This document shows, one piece after another, positions 56,419-64,000 of a stretch of 64,000 bases of DNA; the stretch's first letter is position 1; the number at the start of each line of letters is the position of its first letter. The position numbers and the translations under genes are program-made. The DNA is taken from positions 1 to 64,000 of the IMG/VR virus record IMGVR_UViG_3300037423_000611; one strand, 5' to 3'. A model generated the notes under the pieces. The model did no database searches. It saw only the letters and a list, made by a program, of their open reading frames with translations, and was not told the DNA's origin. The DNA comes from a virus. Taxonomy: Duplodnaviria > Caudoviricetes.

Positions 56419-58747
56419 TCTAAATAAATTACGTCAATCATTCACGAGTACAATCCAAAATAAAATTAAAGAGAGTACGCTATTATCTAAAACTTTTTCC
56501 CTTCAAGAAACTCGTACATTCACACTAAGTAATCCATCATCTGTAAAATCCTTTCTTGCCAGAAGGCAGGAGGGGATTTTCGGATTTGAATATTACAATT
56601 CACTTGGTACAATCAAAAATCATTTCTTCACCACCGACCAATCTCACATCTCTTTACCTTCTACTACGCCAGTAATCTTAGACCACACAAGAGAAGATAT
56701 AGAATGTTACTATATGACATTCAGAAATCATTCGTTTGCTCCATTTATCTTTAACTATCAACATAACTTTTGGGAAACTCTCACCAAATATTTAAAGGGT
56801 TCTACTGAAAAAGGGAGCGTCTACTTGCAATTAATATTTAGCCCCTTCCAATCAGATAAATGGAAGGATGAACTGTGTGACATGTATGATGCTTATTTAG
56901 ATGGGATTAATCAACCATCAACCAATCAAATGTTACTCAAATGGCAATATAAACTACATGATGTACTAAAAGGTAGAAGGAATGCACCAATTCGAGAAGT
57001 ATCACAAAAGGTCGATCAGTATGGTTATAGCACATGCGTCAGGCTTATTATTCAAGGAAGCGAGGGTGATAGGAGACGCATAAAGGAACGTATTAAATTA
57101 GCATTGAGCAATCTTAATTATGTAAATGGATTAAACTTTGCTTTAGTTAAAAATCATCAGCAATTCTTGGAGAACATGCAGATACGTAACTTTAACAAGA
57201 AATACTCACATCAAATCATGTGCAGTAGTGAAATGATTGGATTCTTTGGTGGTATGAGTGAAAATGAGTCTGAAGAGATGAAACAAGTGTTAATGCCTAA
57301 ACCGAAGATTCCGATTGAAGAAATAATGAATGATATTGAAATACTGCCAAGTGTAAATCAACAGTCATTTAATGAAGACGACAAAGAACTAATTGACGAG
57401 TTGACTGCTGCAATGCTCAGACTAAATCTGCTTAAGAATGCAAAAGACATGACTGTTTTAGAAGTTAAAGAAGGTCCAACACTTAAATTTATTGAATTTT
57501 TAAGACCTGATTATCTCTATCTACAAAACGCAAATAGAAGGCTTGCTGATTTGAGGATTGAAATGAATGAACCTAATTTGAATCTTACTGGAGGAAACAA
57601 CAAGGGAACTTTCTGTATCAGTTACCCAAGATTAAAAAGAGAGTATATAGACTTAGCAAAAATTCTAGAAAGTATTGAGTTTAAAAGAAAATGTGATGAG
57701 TACGAATTGCCAATATGTGTGGGTACTGACATGAATGGTGAATATAAATTTTATGACTTCGTAGACCTTGTTCATATGTTGATTGCAGGTGCTACTGGCA
57801 ATGGTAAGTCGGTCTTCGTCACTGCATTGTTATTAATGCTCACAGAGGCAAGAAGTCCAGAAGAATTAGAATTGCATTTAATTGATATGAAACGAGTAGA
57901 GTTAACGGACTTCAGAAATTTCCCCCATGTTAAAAAAGTAGCTACAGATGCACGAAAAGCATTCATGATATTGGCTAATTTAGTTAAGGAAATGGATCAA
58001 CGTTATATGCAACTTGAAGCAGAAGGATTAAAAGGAATTAAATATCATAATAGAAGATTCCCCGATAATAAGTGGTCATATAAACTTTGTGTTATAGATG
58101 AATTTGCAGATTTAATGCTTAATAAAGACTTTAAAAAGGAAATTGAGGATATGGTTCAACGGCTAAACCAACTTGGTAGAGCATCAGGCATTCACGTTAT
58201 ATTAGCCACTCAACGTCCTTCTGTGGATGTTGTAACAGGAATAATAAAGGCCAATATGCCTGCCAGAGTTGGGTTTGCATGTGAAGCGAATGTAGATTAT
58301 AGGACTATCTTTGATAAGATTCCTAATTTTAATCTAATAGGTAATGGAGATGGTGCAATCAAATGGCATGGAAATAAAGAATTATTTGTCCGATTCCAAA
58401 GTCCAATTAATTATGATGAAGAGATATACGAAAGGATTATTAATAAATGGGGTAGCAAGGGTAATCAATTGCAAATTGAAGAGGAACTTGATGATAAACT
58501 ATACGAAGAAGATACTGACGAAAAGTTTTTGCTATTGAAGAAAGTTATTTGCGAAACTGGGGAAACTCGAATCAAACAACTCAGGGAAATGACAAAATTA
58601 AATCAAAATAAGATTCAAGAATATTTTCAGCAACTAGTTGAAGAAGGTTGGCTAGAAAAAGGAAACTCTAGACAGAGTGGATATAAACTTAAACTTACCG
58701 ACATAGAAAGAGAGATATTTTTAGATAGCCTTACAGATAACGAGTAG
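56408..58747 (+). CDS. FtsK/SpoIIIE-family ATPase
   Basis: HMLIAGATGNGKS, LIDMK, CVIDEFADL, GRASGIHVILATQRP, LIGNGDG; C-terminal wHTH. Confidence 0.92.
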   Translation: MIINLNKLRQSFTSTIQNKIKESTLLSKTFSLQETRTFTLSNPSSVKSFLARRQEGIFGFEYYNSLGTIKNHFFTTDQSHISLPSTTPVILDHTREDIECYYMTFRNHSFAPFIFNYQHNFWETLTKYLKGSTEKGSVYLQLIFSPFQSDKWKDELCDMYDAYLDGINQPSTNQMLLKWQYKLHDVLKGRRNAPIREVSQKVDQYGYSTCVRLIIQGSEGDRRRIKERIKLALSNLNYVNGLNFALVKNHQQFLENMQIRNFNKKYSHQIMCSSEMIGFFGGMSENESEEMKQVLMPKPKIPIEEIMNDIEILPSVNQQSFNEDDKELIDELTAAMLRLNLLKNAKDMTVLEVKEGPTLKFIEFLRPDYLYLQNANRRLADLRIEMNEPNLNLTGGNNKGTFCISYPRLKREYIDLAKILESIEFKRKCDEYELPICVGTDMNGEYKFYDFVDLVHMLIAGATGNGKSVFVTALLLMLTEARSPEELELHLIDMKRVELTDFRNFPHVKKVATDARKAFMILANLVKEMDQRYMQLEAEGLKGIKYHNRRFPDNKWSYKLCVIDEFADLMLNKDFKKEIEDMVQRLNQLGRASGIHVILATQRPSVDVVTGIIKANMPARVGFACEANVDYRTIFDKIPNFNLIGNGDGAIKWHGNKELFVRFQSPINYDEEIYERIINKWGSKGNQLQIEEELDDKLYEEDTDEKFLLLKKVICETGETRIKQLREMTKLNQNKIQEYFQQLVEEGWLEKGNSRQSGYKLKLTDIEREIFLDSLTDNE

Positions 58748-58775
58748 GGGAGAATGTTCGGATTCTCTCCTTTTT
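58747..58775 (+). terminator. Terminator after FtsK gene
   Basis: GGGGAGAAT-GTTCGG-ATTCTCTCC-TTTTT. Confidence 0.7.
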
Positions 58776-59057
58776 ATCATATGACCAAAAACTTAACATA
58801 GGTAAATACGGTAGTATGGTCAATTGGTCATTTGATATTCGCATGGTCATTTGAAGTATTTGATAATTTGATTACGAACATTCACTCACGTACACCATTC
58901 CATTGTTCGACCTCTCAGAATCAATTCTGAGACCGCTAGAAAGCCCATAGACGAGTTTAAATCTGTTCCGAGTGTAATTGCAACCCCCTACGATAAACCA
59001 TCTATAATCGCTTTATTTCATTATATTAGTTTTATAACATTTATTTTTACTTTTGTA

Positions 59058-59086
59058 TTGACTTTACCATATCCTACCACTATAAT
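59058..59086 (+). promoter_or_regulatory. Near-consensus sigA promoter
   Basis: TTGACT-17 nt-TATAAT upstream of the recombinase-like gene. Confidence 0.85.
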
Positions 59087-59140
59087 GAAATTAAATAAGT
59101 AACCTAATAAATCAAAGGTTACAAATAAGGAGGAGTTAAC

Positions 59141-60220
59141 ATGAATACAGCAAATGCGATGGGTAAAGTGATCGGGTTCCAAAGTGCAAATATATTAGCA
59201 GAAGATATTATGACATTTCTTAATGATAAGGCATTTTCACCTAAGACGAGAGAAGGATACACTACAAGCATCAAGGAGTTTATTCATTACTTTTGCAAAG
59301 GTAAAGACATTGCAACTGTTACTGAAGAGGATCTAGTTGAATATGAAGATGGTAAACCAGTTAAGTTTAAATTTAGCAACGCACAAATAAAAAAATATAG
59401 GAATTATCTAAGTGACAAGGGATTGGCAAATGTAACAGTGAATACAAAAATGTCCGGCATTAATTCATTGTTTACTGAGTTAGCAAAGGATAGACCTTAT
59501 TTTAATATTGCAGTGTTTAAGGTAAAACCATTGGCAGACACATCTGAGAGTTATGGAGATTTTTCGAAAGAAGAAATTGAAATGATGCTAGAAGAGGTTA
59601 AGAAGTATCCTGATGGCTATCAGAAGTATGTCGCAATTAAGTTACTTTGCATCACTTCTTTCAGGGTTAGTTCGATGCTTAAACTTACATGGTCTAATAT
59701 CAAGAAACATGATGACAATACTTATGTAGTTAAGGCCGAAGGTGCTGCTATTGGTAAGGGTAACAAAAAGGATGCGAAGTCAATTAATAAGGAAATGTAT
59801 GAAGAGTTGTTGATGTTGAAAGGTGAGCACGATGATAACAAGATATTCCATATGCACAGGAAGACTCTTTGGGATACGATTAATAAATTAGTAAAAGATT
59901 TGGAATTAGATCCTCAGAATGAGCGTAATTTGTGTGTGCATAGCTTGAAAAATTTCGGAATCAATAGGATTCTGGAAACCGGAGGCACAATTGTTGCTGC
60001 TCAACGTCAGGGTAACCATAAATCTGCCAAGACCACGCTTGAAAAATATGCTCGTTTCACAGATGACCCTACACAAAACCCAAGTCTCACAATCATGCAG
60101 GATGTTGACACGAGTATTATTAAAGAAGCAAGTATTGAACAATTGTTAATTGCTATAGATGGATGTGGGGATGCACTGAAGGTACAATTGGTGAAAAAGT
60201 TAAAAGAGATAATGGGATAG
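59141..60220 (+). CDS. Tyrosine-recombinase-family protein with HxxR changed to HSLK
   Basis: SAM-like N-domain; TSFRVSS, KGNK, HSLK, GNHKS, EKY. Confidence 0.8.
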   Translation: MNTANAMGKVIGFQSANILAEDIMTFLNDKAFSPKTREGYTTSIKEFIHYFCKGKDIATVTEEDLVEYEDGKPVKFKFSNAQIKKYRNYLSDKGLANVTVNTKMSGINSLFTELAKDRPYFNIAVFKVKPLADTSESYGDFSKEEIEMMLEEVKKYPDGYQKYVAIKLLCITSFRVSSMLKLTWSNIKKHDDNTYVVKAEGAAIGKGNKKDAKSINKEMYEELLMLKGEHDDNKIFHMHRKTLWDTINKLVKDLELDPQNERNLCVHSLKNFGINRILETGGTIVAAQRQGNHKSAKTTLEKYARFTDDPTQNPSLTIMQDVDTSIIKEASIEQLLIAIDGCGDALKVQLVKKLKEIMG

Positions 60221-60293
60221 AGTAGATGTGAGTCTGCTCTATTTTTCTTTTTGTGGGAGTGGGGAGGTATAAAAGAAAAGAGTAAAGAAAAGT

Positions 60294-60323
60294 GTTTACA
60301 GATATAAAATAATCATGTATGGT
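60294..60323 (+). promoter_or_regulatory. Promoter of the replication operon
   Basis: TTTACA-17 nt-TATGGT; 22-mer identical to 51671-51650. Confidence 0.65.
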
Positions 60324-60377
60324 TATAAAAAGACAGGGAAATTTGTCTTTAATTTATTTTTATAAGGAGGCTCAACT

Positions 60378-61139
60378 ATGAGTAAGAAATTTATTTGCTA
60401 CCTATGTTCCACCCACGGTATTAAAGATGAAATGATTAGAGAACAAGTAAGTCCAAACACTTCCAGATATTATCATAAGGATTGTAAAAATATAAATACA
60501 CTAAACAAAAGCATTCATTCAGGGTTACATAGAAAAGAGAGTAAAAAACATCAGGGAAGTAAACGTGTGATATTTGAACTTTTAACCAATGGTGATAGGG
60601 TACTCATAGATCAGCATCTACAGCAAGTTAACTTGGATTTCGATTTCATTGCTGTTGAATCTCCAGTAACCCATATACATAAAAATAAAATTCCATTCTT
60701 AGATATTCATGACTGCACCAGTTGTATTGAACAGTATAAGAAAGATAATGAATTTAATTTAGAGACTGTAGAGGAATTTCACAATCAGATTAATGTGAAT
60801 GCCTATAAATCAGTAACTACGCAAGATTATTTTTATCAACATCCATGTCTTAATTGTCCGTTTAATCATCTAAGATACAAATATATATTTGACGTAGGGA
60901 TCGGGAAAGAGGGTAATTACACCGCAGCGTTTGAAATTTTACATACAAGTAAAATTAGTAAAAATAAAATAATTTATTGTATAAATAATGATATCCAGTT
61001 ATTTGAAATACATACTATAGAAGCACGTAAGAAAAATAAAAAATTAAAATGCGAACGTGTATGGTGGAAAGATGCAGAAGGGAATATCCAGATTTGTGTT
61101 TCCTATAAAGGCTTGTTCAATGAAGAGGTGATTTCATGA
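60378..61139 (+). CDS. Hypothetical Cys/His-rich protein coupled to the Rep gene
   Basis: CYLC, HPCLNC, FDVGI...AAFEILHTS. Confidence 0.65.
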   Translation: MSKKFICYLCSTHGIKDEMIREQVSPNTSRYYHKDCKNINTLNKSIHSGLHRKESKKHQGSKRVIFELLTNGDRVLIDQHLQQVNLDFDFIAVESPVTHIHKNKIPFLDIHDCTSCIEQYKKDNEFNLETVEEFHNQINVNAYKSVTTQDYFYQHPCLNCPFNHLRYKYIFDVGIGKEGNYTAAFEILHTSKISKNKIIYCINNDIQLFEIHTIEARKKNKKLKCERVWWKDAEGNIQICVSYKGLFNEEVIS

Positions 61140-62986
61140 AAATCATGCTCGACACAAAATCATATACACATAAGCCTGAATCAGAAATTGGCATTGTCAC
61201 AAAAAGAATCATGCAATACCCAGTTGATATTACTCCTCAGCAACTAACACAAGAGATATTAAAAGGTAAAAGTTTTATACCTGCTTATATAGGAACTCCA
61301 AATAGCAAAGGTGTAGTAAAAAAGTCTAATGAGTGTTGGACATATCAAGAATTATTATGTTTAGATTTTGATGAAGGAATGATGTTAAAAGAAGCATTAG
61401 AAGAATTTAATAATACAGCTATGTTTATTTATACAACATTCAATCATAGTGTTAAACAAGATAAATTTAGAGTTGTATTTCAATTAGATAAGAAATTAAC
61501 GAATTATAAAGACTTTAGTGATATCATTACCTATTTAATTGATAAGTATAAAGCAGATATACAATGTAAAGATGGATCTAGATTATACTTTGGTGGTAAG
61601 GAAGTATATGAATTAAATTATAATAATAAATTAAATGTTGATGAATTATTAATTGTTAGTAGAGAGTATGTTAGTAACAAAAGTAAAAATAACAATAAAA
61701 ATAAAAATGTGAGAAAAAGTACCCATCATATATTAGATATGGGTAGTAAATATCTATCTAATATACAAAGGGTACTAAAATCCCACCATGAGAAATTAAC
61801 AAGAAATAGAACGACTGAAGCAAAGGAAATAACCAATAAGTTAGATTTAATGGGATATTTATTATCTAGAGACTTATATACATATCTTAATATTGAAGAT
61901 GGATTAACTCCATTCTGTTGTATATTTCATGACGATAAGAAGCCATCAGCTAGTATTATCAAGAATCAAAAGGGATTCCAAATATACAAGTGTCATAGTT
62001 CTAAGTGTGGATTTACAGGTAATATATTTAGAATCACCGAGAGATTATTTGAGTTAAATAATGTAGAGGCCATTGATTATTTGTGTGATGTGTTTAATGT
62101 ACAATTGGTTGAATCTGAATGGTATCAAAAACAAAAGAGGATTTATGAACAGAATATTTACTATCTGCTAAGTGGGGCAATGGAATATGAACATGAGTAT
62201 CTATATAAGGTGATTAAGAGACATATACCATTGCTGGTGATATTGAATCAAATTGCCATCATGACTATGGGTTCTGAAATGATTAAGCGAAACGAGGAGC
62301 CAATATTCTTTAAGCCTATGAAGGAAATTATGAATATGTTTGCTGCTTTTGTTGCTGAAATTAAAGAGATTGAGGAAAAAGATAAGAAGTTTACAAGAGA
62401 TTTGAAGGAACTAAATAAGCGAATCAATCTATTTGCTTTATTGGGTGTAGTGAATAAGTTACATATATCTGATGTGCCTACAGACATTTATAAGAGATAT
62501 ACAGCACTACAAAAGCAAGTGACTGGAGATGAGAAATTAAAGATCCCAAACTTTTATTATATCCCATCCTACTCAGATCAAGTGCTAACTAGCGCTAATC
62601 AATTAGCTGACCAGTTCAAACAAACTATGAGCATGAAAGGATTCTCCAGAGAAATGATTATGAGGGCTATGGGAGAAGATGCTGCGAATAGAGTTTTCCC
62701 TATGAAGAAAGGTAAAGAGTTAACTAAGACGAGTGATAAACTGGCCTTAGAGATGAAAGATTTAGTGCTGAGTCTATTGGATGATAAGGGATATGTAATT
62801 GAGAAAGAGATATTTGATTATACATATGGAAGCAAAGAGAAAAATTTGAGGGTACTGAAAAGATGCTTACAAGAAATGTTAGACGAATATGGATTGAAGA
62901 GAGTAAGGTTGAATAAAGAATTGAAAAATGGATTGGGTATAGTAGTGGAAGGATATCCAAATGTAATATTAAGAGATAGTGAGTAG
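61136..62986 (+). CDS. Replication protein: AEP/primase-like N-domain plus CHC2-type Zn finger
   Basis: LCLDFD, YTTFNH, KFRVVF primase-polymerase motifs; CIFHDDKKPSA...YKCHSSKC. Confidence 0.75.
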   Translation: MKIMLDTKSYTHKPESEIGIVTKRIMQYPVDITPQQLTQEILKGKSFIPAYIGTPNSKGVVKKSNECWTYQELLCLDFDEGMMLKEALEEFNNTAMFIYTTFNHSVKQDKFRVVFQLDKKLTNYKDFSDIITYLIDKYKADIQCKDGSRLYFGGKEVYELNYNNKLNVDELLIVSREYVSNKSKNNNKNKNVRKSTHHILDMGSKYLSNIQRVLKSHHEKLTRNRTTEAKEITNKLDLMGYLLSRDLYTYLNIEDGLTPFCCIFHDDKKPSASIIKNQKGFQIYKCHSSKCGFTGNIFRITERLFELNNVEAIDYLCDVFNVQLVESEWYQKQKRIYEQNIYYLLSGAMEYEHEYLYKVIKRHIPLLVILNQIAIMTMGSEMIKRNEEPIFFKPMKEIMNMFAAFVAEIKEIEEKDKKFTRDLKELNKRINLFALLGVVNKLHISDVPTDIYKRYTALQKQVTGDEKLKIPNFYYIPSYSDQVLTSANQLADQFKQTMSMKGFSREMIMRAMGEDAANRVFPMKKGKELTKTSDKLALEMKDLVLSLLDDKGYVIEKEIFDYTYGSKEKNLRVLKRCLQEMLDEYGLKRVRLNKELKNGLGIVVEGYPNVILRDSE

Positions 62987-63562
62987 ATCATCTGAAAAGG
63001 TGGTCTATTTTTTATGTGTGTAAATTTATATGTCGGTATATAGTATCGAGAGTGTATTTGAAATGGATCTAAAATATGCCCCCGTGGTAGGTTGAGCGTA
63101 GATTGGATAAGGGATTGAGATGTATTTTTGATGTGAGAATGTGAATGAGTGATGAAAGTGTAAAATCGATTGTGTGATGGAATGTGAGTGTGAATCGAGT
63201 AGAGTGTAGAGAATATGTGGATTCTAATACAATTTAGAGTGGAAATTAGGGTAATTTGGATTAGGGTAGGGTAGTTGGAAGAGTAATAGTGAGGAGTGGC
63301 GAGAGCGTGTTATAGAGGGATTGAGACGATATATGCTGCGATGGTGAACGCGATATGGGAATAGTAAGTGAGGGTGATAGGGAGAGAGTATGATAGGGAT
63401 ATGTAAACTTTGTGGTGAATGTGAGTTTACATATAGATGGAAATTAATGGATAGTTGGTAGGGTGATCTAGTGTAGAAGATAGGACGGAAATGTGAAGAT
63501 TAGATGAAGGGAAAGTCTAAAATTTAGGCTGAGTGTGGAAATGGAAGTGTTGCGAGGATATT

Positions 63563-63579
63563 TGTCGAATAATGTCGAA
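63563..63579 (+). promoter_or_regulatory. Tandem Spo0A boxes
   Basis: TGTCGAA at 63563-63569 and 63573-63579, 10-bp period. Confidence 0.7.
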
Positions 63580-63872
63580 TTTTGGATGTAAACCACGCCC
63601 CCACCCTTGATATATAAGGATTATTCAAACTCCATCTAATAGCAATGTAACCCAATGTTATTTATGTTACCTACATTCATACCTACATTTGCACGATACA
63701 GACCAACCAAAAAGCCCAGTCTGTAATATGCGTGTATAATACAACAATTGTAGATTGCATGGGAACGAATGTTACATATTTTCCTATGATATCATCCATC
63801 ATTCACGGCTCGTAATTGGTCTGACCAATATCGAAGAATAACATGGAAACCGCATATGAAGACTTCACATAC

Positions 63873-63881
63873 TTATCCACA
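63873..63881 (+). promoter_or_regulatory. DnaA box
   Basis: Perfect TTATCCACA; near-match TGTTGATAA at 63899-63907. Confidence 0.65.
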
Positions 63882-63911
63882 GTTAATTGTGTATATCTTG
63901 TTGATAATATT

Positions 63912-63927
63912 TGTTTCACGTGGAACG
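63912..63927. promoter_or_regulatory. Host-type parS (Spo0J/ParB site)
   Basis: TGTTTCACGTGGAACG; reverse complement matches TGTTCCACGTGAAACA at 15/16. Confidence 0.75.
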
Positions 63928-64000
63928 TTTTATAATTATTTTACATTCATATTATCTATTCTATCTGCAATCCTATCCATAATTATATATAAGTTTTACT

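Larger units (their letters stand above)
1..64000. mobile_element. Segment of an SPbeta-like large temperate siphophage, probable phage-plasmid
   Basis: SPbeta-like gene order (YonO-like RNAP, HU, YonK, terminase, portal, protease, capsid, tail, recombinase, tape measure) plus ParM and a Rep/primase-like gene; no host housekeeping genes seen. Confidence 0.9.
63014..64000. other. Candidate replication origin/segregation region
   Basis: No ORF; G-rich plus strand switching to C-rich near 63590; Spo0A, DnaA and parS motifs; adjacent to Rep gene. Confidence 0.55.

Noticed and set aside
1960-62960. Many short antisense or alternative-frame ORFs in the track (e.g. 4971-5249, 5307-5753, 20760-21107, 33108-33398, 54436-54939, 55650-56156)
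   Set aside because: They lie inside longer, motif-supported genes, lack SD sites and read as shadow ORFs
63763-63774. LexA/SOS box GAAC-GAAT-GTTA
   Set aside because: Mismatch in the GTTC core and no gene immediately downstream
1-64000. CRISPR array, diversity-generating retroelement, retron, arbitrium or lysis cassette
   Set aside because: No repeat-spacer array, reverse transcriptase, AimR/AimP-like pair, holin or endolysin recognised in this window; they may lie outside it

Overview
The whole window (AT-rich) is a continuous segment of a large SPbeta-like temperate siphophage of a spore-forming Bacillota host, probably living as a phage-plasmid. Positions 1-51550 form an almost entirely leftward block. 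Reading from the right it encodes a CoiA-like protein, a YonO-type single-subunit RNA polymerase, HU, PIN-PhoH, a metallophosphoesterase, terminase, portal, protease/scaffold, capsid, head-tail and tail proteins, a tyrosine recombinase, tape measure, Dit, tail spike and fibres. Positions 51837-62986 are rightward: ParM-like partition genes, a conjugation-like membrane module (frameshifted M23 peptidase, VirB2-like, VirB6-like, FtsK), a second tyrosine-recombinase-like gene and a primase/Rep-like gene. About 1 kb of non-coding DNA follows, carrying tandem Spo0A boxes, a DnaA box and a host-type parS site. At least six free-standing PD-(D/E)XK or Vsr/EDxHD-like endonuclease genes interrupt the structural block. 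Best candidate for an undescribed system: three of these nuclease genes are each preceded by a sequence-divergent but structurally equivalent RNA element (promoter-like -10, 3-way junction, self-complementary hairpin loop, U-tract, downstream pseudoknot partner), and a fourth has a related double hairpin. Another nuclease gene appears to have split a tail-fibre gene into two translationally coupled pieces. All protein family calls come from motif recognition and synteny by eye; no database searches were run.
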